Shown here: piece by piece, positions 1 through 9,158 of the stretch
How the letters are laid out: the number at the start of each line of letters is the position of its first letter
Numbering within the stretch: the first letter of the stretch is position 1
Origin: Spirochaetes bacterium GWF1_51_8
GTDB taxonomy: Bacteria > Spirochaetota > Brevinematia > Brevinematales > GWF1-51-8
NCBI GenBank assembly: GCA_001829415.1
Contig: MIBE01000011.1
Location: forward strand, 24,760-88,759
DNA: 64,000 nucleotides
Direction of reading: 5' to 3'
Notes under the pieces: generated by a model
What the model was told of the DNA's origin: nothing
Databases searched by the model: none
What the model saw: only the letters and a program-made list of their open reading frames with translations
Program-made: the position numbers and the translations under genes

Positions 1-743
1 AGATGATTACCGAAAAGGCGGCCAAGTCCGCGCACACCGACCTCAACACGTTTCTCGCGATCAGCCGGAAGACCTACCAGCTTGACGATTTCATCAACCT
101 CGGAATCGCGGCTGTCCTGCACGATATCGATATCAAAATCCGCGTCCCGGACCTCACATACAGCTATAACGGCGGATACGAATGGGAGTCGATTATCGAC
201 ACGCACCCGACGAACGGGTTTCACCTCGTGAAGAAACTCGGGCTGAGCTTCGATGTCGAACGCGCGGTCTTTCAGCATCACGAACGGATGGACGGATCGG
301 GCTACCCCAACGGGACATTACCGAGGTTTTTCTCCAAGTACACCCCGGTGATTATGTTCGCCGAGCATTACATCGAATCGACCACCCCGAACCCGTTTGT
401 CAACAAGTTCTCCTCGCCCAGAACCGCGCTTGTGGATATCCTAAGCAAGGAGCGTCACCAGTTCGACGGCGATATCATCTATGCGTTCATCCGCGCGGCG
501 TCCATGTTCCCTATCGGGACGTGGCTGCTGATGTCCGACGGCAATATCGGGATTGTATACGATATCAACAAGGAACTGCTGGAACGCCCGATTGTGAAGG
601 TGTTTTTCGATAAGAACCTCCAGAAGGTGACGCCGTTCATGGAAGACCTCGCGAAGTCGAATGTCCAGATCGTCAAACCGATCGATCTCTCGTCGATCCG
701 GAAAATCGCGGGCACACCTCTGACCTTTATCTACTCGAATTAA
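1..743 (+). CDS. HD-GYP domain protein, C-terminal part (5' end lies outside the window)
   Basis: Frame of ORF 3..743 is open to the window edge. HD motif (AAVLHDID) and GYP motif (HHERMDGSGYPNG) are present. Colinear with the C-terminal ~245 aa of the paralog at 1830..3392 (..PLTFIYSN vs ..PLDFIYS). Confidence 0.85.
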   Translation, partial: MITEKAAKSAHTDLNTFLAISRKTYQLDDFINLGIAAVLHDIDIKIRVPDLTYSYNGGYEWESIIDTHPTNGFHLVKKLGLSFDVERAVFQHHERMDGSGYPNGTLPRFFSKYTPVIMFAEHYIESTTPNPFVNKFSSPRTALVDILSKERHQFDGDIIYAFIRAASMFPIGTWLLMSDGNIGIVYDINKELLERPIVKVFFDKNLQKVTPFMEDLAKSNVQIVKPIDLSSIRKIAGTPLTFIYSN

Positions 744-800
744 TGAAAAATAAATTTTGTCCTGCTTTTCAAAAACCCATAAGACTGGTATAATGTATCT

Positions 801-1751
801 ATGGAAAACAAAAACGCGCGTCCGCCGCTGATCGAAACGATACTGCGGTGGATCAACCCTTACGAACTGTTCTTCGACCTTGCGATCGGCCTCACGGCGG
901 CAATCATTTACCGCGCCGCCGCCCCGGTCACGGGATTTATCCTTCTCGATACCGGGCCGCTTTTCGCGTTCGCGGCGATGGCGATATCCGAATTCTTCAT
1001 CATGATGTTCTTCGGACAGGTATTCCGCCGTCACGACCGGGTGATCACGGAAAAATCGCGGGGTTTCGACTTATTCACCCTGCTGCTCGTGTTTTTTACA
1101 GTGGGCGGAGTGATTTTTATTATGCCCGCTATGCTGAGCTTCATCCTTGAGAGTATCCCGGATTTCCCGCAAGGGATTGGTTTTACTCTTGTCCCCGTTT
1201 CCGGTGCGGTCATCATTATCGGAGTGTGCTTCGGGTTTACCCGCGACCTGTTCGGAAAGATACGGATTTTTCTCGCGCTTCCTTTGTCGCTGACAGGCCT
1301 CATGGGCGCCGCGTCCGTGATCTATATCGGGTTCACATACGGCTGGCTGAATGCCGGATTATACGCGTTACTCCCGGTAGGCGCAATCGTCCTGTACTGG
1401 ATTATGAAGGGGCGCGCGGAGCGTCTGAAAGACGTCCCTATCCGCACAAGAAAAGCCGCCCGTATACTCGGGTCGATTCTGCTCCCGGTAGCCGCCGCGC
1501 TTTCAATGATGGTATGGCAGGAGTTGATGATTGTGCGTGTGGCGCTTATCGCCCACGAGGGAAGTACGGTCGCGCCGTGGAACCTGTTCGTGTTTCTGCT
1601 GATGAGCGGGCTTATCCCGATACGGATACTTGCCGCTATCGCTCCGCCGTTCAGGCCGGTAAATTTCGGCATAGCGGTGATCGCGTTCTATTTCTATTTT
1701 ACCTCGATCCTTTCCGCGGCGGAACGTTACCTGCCGCTGATAACCAAATAG
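801..1751 (+). CDS. polytopic integral membrane protein, unknown function
   Basis: 316-aa ORF made almost entirely of hydrophobic helices. TGGTATAAT -10-like box at 787-795 just upstream. I recognise no family motif. Confidence 0.7.
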   Translation: MENKNARPPLIETILRWINPYELFFDLAIGLTAAIIYRAAAPVTGFILLDTGPLFAFAAMAISEFFIMMFFGQVFRRHDRVITEKSRGFDLFTLLLVFFTVGGVIFIMPAMLSFILESIPDFPQGIGFTLVPVSGAVIIIGVCFGFTRDLFGKIRIFLALPLSLTGLMGAASVIYIGFTYGWLNAGLYALLPVGAIVLYWIMKGRAERLKDVPIRTRKAARILGSILLPVAAALSMMVWQELMIVRVALIAHEGSTVAPWNLFVFLLMSGLIPIRILAAIAPPFRPVNFGIAVIAFYFYFTSILSAAERYLPLITK

Positions 1752-1829
1752 TTGAATCAACAAATTATAATTTATTTGCGGGATTTTTTGTTTAGGGATA
1801 TAATATACTAATAGGGGTGATAAGGATTT

Positions 1830-3392
1830 GTGATGCAAGTTGCGGAGGGTTATTCCACTCACTCGGTTCCATTGAACGAGCTGCGCGAAGGTATGGTTCT
1901 AAACCAGGATCTTGTTGAAACTCTGGGGTTACGTCAGGGCCGTGTTCTGACCGCCGCGGATATCAATAAGATCAAGGATTCAAATTCAGTAGGCTCCCTT
2001 TCGGTAGTCCTGTCCCAGGCTCTCAAGAATCAACTCAATAAAACGGATTCGTTTCAGCAGAGAATGACTGCTCAGACCGCAGTCGACAATTCGGTTATCC
2101 GGAAACCGTCGGCGATGCAGGCGGTTAATATGAACGACGCCGAGATGCGGAATGCGCTTTTCGATAAAAACCTCGACGGTAAACTGAAAGAAGTGGTCGA
2201 GATGAAAAAGTCGGTGATCCGCGGCGAGGGATACCACGACCGTGTCGACACCCACCGCAATAAGAATCTCGAGAAGTTCGCCCCGTCCATCAAATCGATC
2301 CAGTCGCACCTGAAAAAAGACACCATGGCCGTCATCGACCATTACGCCCAGACCAACGCCGATTTCGAAGGGATTCGTGAGATCAATCCGCTCGAATCGT
2401 CGGAACTGGTAAAAAAGAGCGGGTTTCATGAGAGAAACGCCGAGTTTTTCCTGGACGCGGTACTTAACAAAAAGAGCGTTTTTTCGTCATTCGTCGAAAA
2501 CATCGTCGTCGATTTTATGTCCGATATGGGCTACGAGCTTGCGCGCGGCCTCTTGACATTCATTGCGCAGAACGATTCCCAATACAGCTTCATTTCCTCG
2601 CATTCCCTTCAGGTAATGATGATTTCCATTATCACGGCGATAGAACTGACGAGGATCATCAACGAAAAGACCCATTCGCTCAACTCCGACGACCTTAGCA
2701 CGCTTTTGTCGATCAGTAAGAAGTCGTTTACTCTCGACGAATTGGTCAATCTTGGAATCGCGGCGCTCCTGCACGATATCGACTTCAAGAAGCAGATACC
2801 GTCTATCCGCAGCGACACTGTTCTGAATATCCAGCAGCAGTCGATTATCGACCTGCATCCCAGTAACGGGTATCATATCGCGAAGGGGCTGAACATCGAT
2901 TTTGAGGTTCAGCGCGCGGTATTCCAGCATCACGAGCGTTACGACGGCACCGGTTTCCCGAGCGGGTTATTCCCGAGGTTCTTCACGAAGTACACGCCTA
3001 TCCTGATGTTCGCGGAGTACTACACCGAGCTTATTACGAAAAACCCGTTCACCGATACGATGATGACGCCGCGCGAGGCGATAGTGCGCATTCTGTCCAA
3101 CGAGCGGCAGAAGTTCGACGGTGACGTGGTCTATGCCTTCCTCAAGGCCGCGTCCCTTTATCCTGTCGGAAGCTGGGTGCTTCTTTCGAATCAAAAGATC
3201 GGCCTGGTCAGGAAGGTCAATTCCGATAAGCTCGACAAGCCGAATATCACTGTTTTCTTCGATAACAGTTTCAACCGGATCGCGAACGAAGAGGTCGACC
3301 TCTCGAAAAGCGAAATCCAGATCGTTAAGCCGATTGCGTGGGACATCGTCCGCAGCGCTGTCAAGGGCCCGCTCGACTTTATATATTCCTGA
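1830..3392 (+). CDS. HD-GYP domain protein (putative c-di-GMP phosphodiesterase), GFP variant of the GYP motif
   Basis: 520-aa ORF (GTG 1830 or ATG 1833). Motifs AALLHDIDFK and HHERYDGTGFPSG. The C-terminal half is paralogous to ORF 3..743. Confidence 0.85.
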   Translation: MMQVAEGYSTHSVPLNELREGMVLNQDLVETLGLRQGRVLTAADINKIKDSNSVGSLSVVLSQALKNQLNKTDSFQQRMTAQTAVDNSVIRKPSAMQAVNMNDAEMRNALFDKNLDGKLKEVVEMKKSVIRGEGYHDRVDTHRNKNLEKFAPSIKSIQSHLKKDTMAVIDHYAQTNADFEGIREINPLESSELVKKSGFHERNAEFFLDAVLNKKSVFSSFVENIVVDFMSDMGYELARGLLTFIAQNDSQYSFISSHSLQVMMISIITAIELTRIINEKTHSLNSDDLSTLLSISKKSFTLDELVNLGIAALLHDIDFKKQIPSIRSDTVLNIQQQSIIDLHPSNGYHIAKGLNIDFEVQRAVFQHHERYDGTGFPSGLFPRFFTKYTPILMFAEYYTELITKNPFTDTMMTPREAIVRILSNERQKFDGDVVYAFLKAASLYPVGSWVLLSNQKIGLVRKVNSDKLDKPNITVFFDNSFNRIANEEVDLSKSEIQIVKPIAWDIVRSAVKGPLDFIYS

Positions 3393-3464
3393 GCCGGCTA
3401 TCCATTCGTTGTCATTTTCAATCCAATACTTTAAAATATTCCATCCTGTTTCGAGGAAAGCGAT

Positions 3465-4208
3465 ATGAAAAACTTTTTACCGTCTGCGCTTCTTTTTATT
3501 CTGCTGGCCGGATGTAAAAACGCCGGGGAGACAGTCCCGGAAGAAACTAACATTCCTTCAGTCGAGACCAATCTTGTGATTGTCACGGTCGAGACGCAGA
3601 AGATCGTAACGATAGAAGCCGCGTTGCTCTCGCAGGGGCTTGTGGATATCCGCGCTCTCGATCCGTCGATAGTAGTGAAACTGGCGTATTCCGGGACGAA
3701 TAACTTCATGCACCATGACGCTTACGGCGAACTCGAAAAGGCGTTCATGGTACCGGAGGCCGCCGCGATGCTGACGAACGCGCAGGCGATCTTAAAAGAG
3801 TCGCATCCCCTCTATAGCCTGATCGTGTACGACGCCGCCCGTCCGAACAGCGTGCAATGGACGATGTGGGAGATTGTGAAGGACACGCCGCTCGCTATCT
3901 ATGTCGCCGATCCCGGGAAGGGCTCTCTCCACAACTACGGCGCGGCAGTCGATCTCTCGATAGTCGGGCCGGACGGTTTGCCGCTCGATATGGGGACGCC
4001 GTTCGACGGTTTCACCGACCTGTCTCAGCCCAAGTATGAGGAGAAGTTCCTGAAGCAGAACCTGCTGTCGCATACCCAGCTCTCGAACCGGCTTCTGCTG
4101 AGGGAAGTGATGACGAAAGCGGGATTCCTTGTCATCCCGAACGAGTGGTGGCATTTCAACGCGTTCCCGAAGGATGTCATCAAGAAAAAGTTTAAAATGA
4201 TCCAATGA
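3465..4208 (+). CDS. D-alanyl-D-alanine dipeptidase (M15D, VanX/DdpX-like), lipoprotein
   Basis: Lipobox LLAGC. Zn-peptidase motifs SLHNYGAAVDLS and EWWHF, typical of VanX/DdpX. Confidence 0.8.
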   Translation: MKNFLPSALLFILLAGCKNAGETVPEETNIPSVETNLVIVTVETQKIVTIEAALLSQGLVDIRALDPSIVVKLAYSGTNNFMHHDAYGELEKAFMVPEAAAMLTNAQAILKESHPLYSLIVYDAARPNSVQWTMWEIVKDTPLAIYVADPGKGSLHNYGAAVDLSIVGPDGLPLDMGTPFDGFTDLSQPKYEEKFLKQNLLSHTQLSNRLLLREVMTKAGFLVIPNEWWHFNAFPKDVIKKKFKMIQ

Positions 4209-4215
4209 GGCAATA

Positions 4216-5043
4216 ATGAAAAAATCTCCCATCGCGTTTATTCTGCTTTTAGCCGTATCCTGCGGCGCGACGGTCAAGCCGGACGAACCGCAGAAGGGAA
4301 GCGGCCTGCCCGAGCCGGGCGGTCTGAAGGTGTCGATACAGTCGAATATCGCGGTACTCACGGAAAAGATCGCCGCCGAACCTTCGAACACGGCGCTTCT
4401 TGTCGAACGCGGGGATGAATATTTTATGAGCGGCGAACTCGATAAGTCGCTCGCGGATTTCGAGAGCGCGATGAAGCAGACGCCGTCCGATCCGGCGGTG
4501 TTTTGCTCGGCGGGCGAGGTCTATCTCGCCCTCGCGGACTATGCCCAGGCGAAGAAACTTTTTCAGAGCGCGATCGAGGCGGACGGAGCGTTCCATAAAG
4601 CGTACTATTTCCTCGGCCTCACCGCGATGATAGTGAAGGATTACTCCGAATCGTTAAAAAACTACAACCAGGCTATCGCGCTCGATAAAACCCAGCCCGC
4701 CTATTACCTCGACCGCGCCCAACTCTATATCCTGACCGGCAAGTATAAACTCGCCACCGCGGACTATTCCGTTTTTATCTCCATTTCGCCTAAGCAGACT
4801 CTGGGTTATATGAAACGGGGCGAGGCCTACCTTCTCGCAAAGGAGTACGGCAAAGCGCTTGACGATTTCGACAAGGTGCTCGGTATGGACCCGGAGTACG
4901 ACGAGGCTTATATCGGCAAGGGCAAGGCCTATCTCGGGCTCGGTCTGCCGAACGAGGCGCAGGCAAGTTTCATGGACGCGAAGGCGCTCGGCAACCCCGA
5001 GGCCGCGAAGTTGCTCGAACAAATGAAAAAAGAAGGTAAATAA
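4216..5043 (+). CDS. TPR-repeat lipoprotein
   Basis: Lipobox LLAVSCG. Repeated 34-aa A/Y/L-pattern units (..AYYFLGL.., ..AYIGKGKAYLGLG..). Confidence 0.8.
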   Translation: MKKSPIAFILLLAVSCGATVKPDEPQKGSGLPEPGGLKVSIQSNIAVLTEKIAAEPSNTALLVERGDEYFMSGELDKSLADFESAMKQTPSDPAVFCSAGEVYLALADYAQAKKLFQSAIEADGAFHKAYYFLGLTAMIVKDYSESLKNYNQAIALDKTQPAYYLDRAQLYILTGKYKLATADYSVFISISPKQTLGYMKRGEAYLLAKEYGKALDDFDKVLGMDPEYDEAYIGKGKAYLGLGLPNEAQASFMDAKALGNPEAAKLLEQMKKEGK

Positions 5044-5825
5044 TGCATCATCTCACCCTGAAGGCGGCTGTGCTCGCCGCGATAGTTATCCTGTACGGAT
5101 GCGCGAACCCGCAGAAAACGTCCGCCGACCCCAAGGAGCGGCTGAAAGAACTTACCGCGCTCGTGACGACCGACCCGTATAATCCCGATTCCTATTTCCA
5201 ACGCGGGAGCGAGTACTACAAGCAGGGCAAATTCGACCTCGCGCTCGACGATTTCCTTTACGCCGCCGCTATCGATACCAATTTCGCCGAGGCGTATCTC
5301 GGGATCGGCAATATCTATCTTGCGTCGGGGTATCCCGAAATGGCGGTCGAGGCGTACTCCAAAGCGGTCTCAATCGATCCCAAGTTCGATCAGGCGTATT
5401 ACCAGATCGGGAACTACTACTATGTCCAGAGCAACACGAAGGGCGCTCTCTCTAATATGAACATCGCGATCGCGCTCAATCCCGGCGACCCGGAATACTA
5501 TTACTCGCGCGGGATGCTCTTTGTCAATACGAAGGACTATGTCGCGGCGCTGAACGACTTCGGGCGCGCGATCGGGCTCAACCCGTCGTACTCCGAGGCG
5601 TACCGGAGCCGAGGGGTCGTTTTCGGCGTGCTTCGCGAGTACGAGCAGGCGCTCGCCGACCTCAACAAGGCTATCGAGCTCGACCCGGAGTTCACCGACG
5701 CCTATTTCCATAGGGCGATGATCTACCTCGAGACGCAGAACCAGACCGCCGCGGTCAAGGACCTCGAAAAGGCCGCCGCGATGGGCGATCTTCAGGCGAA
5801 GGAGTTTTTGAAGGAATTGAAGTGA
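5043..5825 (+). CDS. TPR-repeat lipoprotein
   Basis: Start overlaps the upstream stop (TAATG). Lipobox ILYGCA. Six or more TPR-like units (..EAYLGIGNIY.., ..QAYYQIGNYY.., ..EAYRSRGVVF..). Confidence 0.8.
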   Translation: MHHLTLKAAVLAAIVILYGCANPQKTSADPKERLKELTALVTTDPYNPDSYFQRGSEYYKQGKFDLALDDFLYAAAIDTNFAEAYLGIGNIYLASGYPEMAVEAYSKAVSIDPKFDQAYYQIGNYYYVQSNTKGALSNMNIAIALNPGDPEYYYSRGMLFVNTKDYVAALNDFGRAIGLNPSYSEAYRSRGVVFGVLREYEQALADLNKAIELDPEFTDAYFHRAMIYLETQNQTAAVKDLEKAAAMGDLQAKEFLKELK

Positions 5826-5828
5826 TTG

Positions 5829-6152
5829 TTAGGGGATGGTCCTCTCGCGTAACAAGTCTTCCATATCCCGGCGCCCGTCGATAACAGCGATGATATAGAT
5901 ATTATGATCGCCGGTTTTATAGATGATCCGCCATGGATTTTCGATCAGCTCCCGGTAGTCATCAATTCCATATTGTCCGAGCTCCGGTAGAACTCTGCCT
6001 TGGAGAGGCATGTCTTTCAATGATACGACTTTCGACTTGATTTTTCTATAGATATTTTTCGCAATCTCTTTTCCGTCATATTCGATATATTTGATAATCC
6101 GGATCAGATCGTTTTGAGCGGATTCAGTCCAAACTACTTCGAACTGCGGCAT
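5829..6152 (-). CDS. type II toxin, RelE/ParE family
   Basis: Internal ATG at 6152 lies 1 nt after the antitoxin stop (TGA 6154-6156). The ~107-aa protein (MPQFEVVWTESAQNDL...WRIIYKTGDHNIYIIAVIDGRRD) has a ParE/RelE-like pattern. The ORF-track extension to 6239 overlaps the antitoxin. Confidence 0.7.
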   Translation of the reverse strand: MPQFEVVWTESAQNDLIRIIKYIEYDGKEIAKNIYRKIKSKVVSLKDMPLQGRVLPELGQYGIDDYRELIENPWRIIYKTGDHNIYIIAVIDGRRDMEDLLRERTIP

Positions 6153-6153
6153 A

Positions 6154-6432
6154 TCACTCCTCAAACCCAAATTCTTTTTCAATCTTGGAAAATACTTTTT
6201 CAGTGTCGGAGAAACGCCCCTCGGCAATTTCCGTTTCACCTCGGGAAAGGATTTTGAGAATCGCTTCCACTTCCTGACTCTTATTGTATGTCTCGGGATC
6301 GATCAAAACCGCACGCGCTTCGCCGTTCTGGGTAATAAATACGGGACGATGGTTATCGTTGATCTGTTTCAGTATTTCAGCGGTATGAGTTTTGATATAG
6401 GAGACCGGTTTAATATCTTGTAAAGGGTTCAT
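6154..6432 (-). CDS. type II antitoxin, Phd/YefM family
   Basis: 92 aa. The N-terminus ..HTAEILKQINDNHRPVFITQNGEARAVLIDPETY.. is the classic Phd/YefM signature. It sits directly upstream of the toxin. Confidence 0.8.
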   Translation of the reverse strand: MNPLQDIKPVSYIKTHTAEILKQINDNHRPVFITQNGEARAVLIDPETYNKSQEVEAILKILSRGETEIAEGRFSDTEKVFSKIEKEFGFEE

Positions 6433-6600
6433 AAAACGCTCCTTATATAGAACTATATATGATATCCATTCGGGGATTTTATGTCAAGAGTAATTTGATA
6501 ATGAAGAAAATATCTTATCTTCATAACTATTTTTAAGTTTACGAGTCTAAAATGGTATATTGAAGAATGCGGCTAAAAATACCGGATCGCGGGAAAGCGC

Positions 6601-6629
6601 TTGATTTTTTAGCTGAAACAGTGTATAAT
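6601..6629 (+). promoter_or_regulatory. sigma-70-type promoter candidate
   Basis: TTGATT (6601-6606), 17-nt spacer, TATAAT (6624-6629), about 30 nt upstream of the 6660 start. Confidence 0.4.
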
Positions 6630-6659
6630 AAACGGCATTGATATCGCTTACAGAACTGG

Positions 6660-7877
6660 ATGAGAACTGTGAAGAAAGAATTCGCGAAAAACACCTTCTA
6701 CAGCGTCGGCGGATATATCCTGATGATCGTATCCAGCCTCGTGTTCAGTTTTTACGCCGCGCGCGCTCTCGGGCCTATCGCCTACGGCATCTTCACGCCG
6801 TTCTTCTACCTGTTGATCTCGTTCACCCAGCCGATCAACTCGATCCAGCTCGCCCTCGCCAAAGAGGTTCAGCGTGAGAAAATGACCGCCGCCGAGGCGA
6901 ACACCAAGTATTCCTCGACATTGTTCCTTTTCAGCCTCACGGCACTTGTCCTGTTCGGCGCGGCATCCCCGTTTCTCCAGACATTTTACCGCCTTCCGAA
7001 CCTCTGGGACGGCATCATCGGCGGCGGAGTGCTCGCGGTCTGGATTATCCTGAACGCGTACCGGGGTATAGATATCGGCAAGATGAATTTCAAAGGCTAC
7101 GGGATCAATATAGCGGTGGAGGGATTCCTGCGCGCGGGGATCGGGATACTCCTGATCGCGTTCGGCTTCGGGATATCCGGCGCGCTGGGCGTGTCGATCG
7201 TCTCGGGACTGATCGGCATCATGATGATCGTCCTGCCGGATTTTAAAAACGTCGTCCGGAACTTTTTCAAGTTCCGCCTCGACAAGAAGCTCGTGATCGA
7301 GTTTATCAAGGCGCTCGTCATCCTTTTACCGTTCGGGCTCATCATGAACCTCGACCTGATGATGATCCAGAACACGGTGGGCGGGACGGAGGCCGGGTAC
7401 ATCTCGGCGTGCGCGCTCTTCGGGAAGAACATGATCTCGCTCGTGCTGGTTTTCGCTAATGTCATCTTCTCGTACACCCTGCACGATAAGAAGGACACAT
7501 TCTGGGTGGGTGTGATGCTGACAATCCTGCTCTTTATGGGAGCGGTGTTCTTTTCGATCTTCGCGGCGGTTCCGGTGATCAACCTGATCTTCGGGCCGGG
7601 ATACGAGCCGGTGGCGGACTACCTGCCGTGGTACCTGATCGCGACGATCCCGGTGGCGATTCTTCAGCATATCGTGACCTATTCCGTCGCGAAGAATTTC
7701 CGTTTCATGCGTCCGCTCATGTGGGTGATCCTCGCGGGGCTGGGCGTGGGGTATTGGTATATCCTGTCAGTCTACCCGGTGATCACATTCCTCAAGGCCT
7801 CGTTTTTCGGCCTGACGCTGATCGACGGGATACTATTATTTGTCATTTATCTTGTTTTAAGGAAAGAAACGAAATAA
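6660..7877 (+). CDS. oligosaccharide/polysaccharide flippase-like (MOP/Wzx superfamily) membrane protein
   Basis: 405 aa, about 12 TM helices. The N-terminal pattern KNTFYSVGGYILMIVSSLVFSFYAARALGPIAYG is typical of Wzx-type flippases. Confidence 0.65.
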   Translation: MRTVKKEFAKNTFYSVGGYILMIVSSLVFSFYAARALGPIAYGIFTPFFYLLISFTQPINSIQLALAKEVQREKMTAAEANTKYSSTLFLFSLTALVLFGAASPFLQTFYRLPNLWDGIIGGGVLAVWIILNAYRGIDIGKMNFKGYGINIAVEGFLRAGIGILLIAFGFGISGALGVSIVSGLIGIMMIVLPDFKNVVRNFFKFRLDKKLVIEFIKALVILLPFGLIMNLDLMMIQNTVGGTEAGYISACALFGKNMISLVLVFANVIFSYTLHDKKDTFWVGVMLTILLFMGAVFFSIFAAVPVINLIFGPGYEPVADYLPWYLIATIPVAILQHIVTYSVAKNFRFMRPLMWVILAGLGVGYWYILSVYPVITFLKASFFGLTLIDGILLFVIYLVLRKETK

Positions 7878-7880
7878 GTA

Positions 7881-7908
7881 TTGACCGTTTCGGAATTTGT
7901 GATAAAAT
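7881..7908 (+). promoter_or_regulatory. sigma-70-type promoter candidate (extended -10) for the his cluster
   Basis: TTGACC (7881-7886), 16-nt spacer, TGa-TAAAAT (7900-7908). Confidence 0.4.
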
Positions 7909-7936
7909 GTAAAAAAGTAAAGCGCGGAGGAAAAGG

Positions 7937-8527
7937 GTGAGAAAGGCTGAAGTCTCAAGGAAAACACGGGAGACGAACGTCGAGATCGAAATCGAACTGG
8001 ACGGAAGCGGAAAGTTCGATATCAACACCGGAATCGGCTTCTTCAATCACATGCTCGAGACCCTTTCGCGTCATAGCCTGATCGATATGACATTGAACGC
8101 CTCGGGCGATATCAATGTCGATTTTCACCATCTTGTCGAGGACTGCGGGATTGTGTTCGGGCAGGCGTTAAAAAAAGCGCTTGGCGATAAGGGCGGTATC
8201 CGCCGTTTCGGCGACGCCTCGGTTCCGCTCGACGAAGCCCTCTGCGAGGCCGTGATCGATATCAGCGGCAGGCCGCATTTCACGAACAACCTGACGGACT
8301 TCCACGGCCTGGTCGGCGAGTTCGATTTCGAGCTGGGCGAGGTTTTCTTTTCGGGGTTTGTCACCGAGGGCTACACCGTACACCTTCAGGTGCGCGAGGG
8401 TAAGAACCTTCACCATATCCTCGAGTCGGCGTTCAAGAGTTTCGCGCGCGCGCTCAGGACGGCGGTCGAGGTCGACGAGCGGATGAAGGGGCGGATCCCT
8501 TCGACAAAGGACCATATCGAAGATTGA
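7937..8527 (+). CDS. hisB: imidazoleglycerol-phosphate dehydratase
   Basis: GTG start. RKTRETNVEIEIELDG...GIGFFNHMLETLSRHS matches the HisB signature. Confidence 0.95.
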   Translation: MRKAEVSRKTRETNVEIEIELDGSGKFDINTGIGFFNHMLETLSRHSLIDMTLNASGDINVDFHHLVEDCGIVFGQALKKALGDKGGIRRFGDASVPLDEALCEAVIDISGRPHFTNNLTDFHGLVGEFDFELGEVFFSGFVTEGYTVHLQVREGKNLHHILESAFKSFARALRTAVEVDERMKGRIPSTKDHIED

Positions 8528-8534
8528 GGTGAAT

Positions 8535-9143
8535 ATGATTGCGATAATAGATTACGGGATGGGCAATCTCGCGAGCGTGTATAACGCGTTCGTAAAAACC
8601 GGCTGTCCCGACATCGAGATCACATCCGATCCCGCGAGGGTGATGGCGGCGGATAAGCTCGTCCTCCCCGGAGTGGGGGCGTTCGAGGACGCGATGAAAA
8701 ACCTGCGCCGCGACGGTTTGATCGAGCCTATTCTTGAAAATGTCGCGCGGGGAAAACCGTTTCTCGGCATCTGCTTGGGCTACCAGTTGATGTTCGAGAA
8801 GAGCTATGAAGGCGGCGAGTTCCCGGGTCTCGGGCTTCTCAAGGGCAGTGTCGTCCGGTTTGAGGTGACGCTTCCGGTGCCGCATATGGGCTGGAACGAG
8901 ACGGTGTTCCGTGACGGAAGCGGGCCGCTGTTTGACGAATTCTCCGGCGGTGTGTATTTTTACTTTGACCATGCGTATATTCCATTACCGGAAGACGAAA
9001 GCGTGATCGCCGGAACGACCGAGTACCAGACCGAGTTTGTCTCGGCGGTACGGAAAGGAAATATATTCGGGGCGCAGTTTCACCCCGAGAAAAGTCATGA
9101 AAATGGATTAAAAATTATCCGAAAATTCGGAAAATTAAAATAA
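8535..9143 (+). CDS. hisH: imidazole glycerol phosphate synthase, glutamine amidotransferase subunit
   Basis: MIAIIDYGMGNL, GICLGYQLMF, HMGWN, QFHPEKS. The start is ATG 8535; the ORF track begins at GTG 8529. Confidence 0.95.
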   Translation: MIAIIDYGMGNLASVYNAFVKTGCPDIEITSDPARVMAADKLVLPGVGAFEDAMKNLRRDGLIEPILENVARGKPFLGICLGYQLMFEKSYEGGEFPGLGLLKGSVVRFEVTLPVPHMGWNETVFRDGSGPLFDEFSGGVYFYFDHAYIPLPEDESVIAGTTEYQTEFVSAVRKGNIFGAQFHPEKSHENGLKIIRKFGKLK

Positions 9144-9158
9144 TTCGGAGGGCATCCG

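Noticed and set aside
5829-6239. Upstream extensions of several track ORFs (5829..6239, 10729..11550, 12314..13111, 55603..56565, 20114..21355, 27043..28593, 44319..44732)
   Set aside because: In each case an internal Met with an RBS begins a signal peptide, lipobox or conserved N-terminus, while the extension overlaps a neighbouring gene or intergenic repeat.
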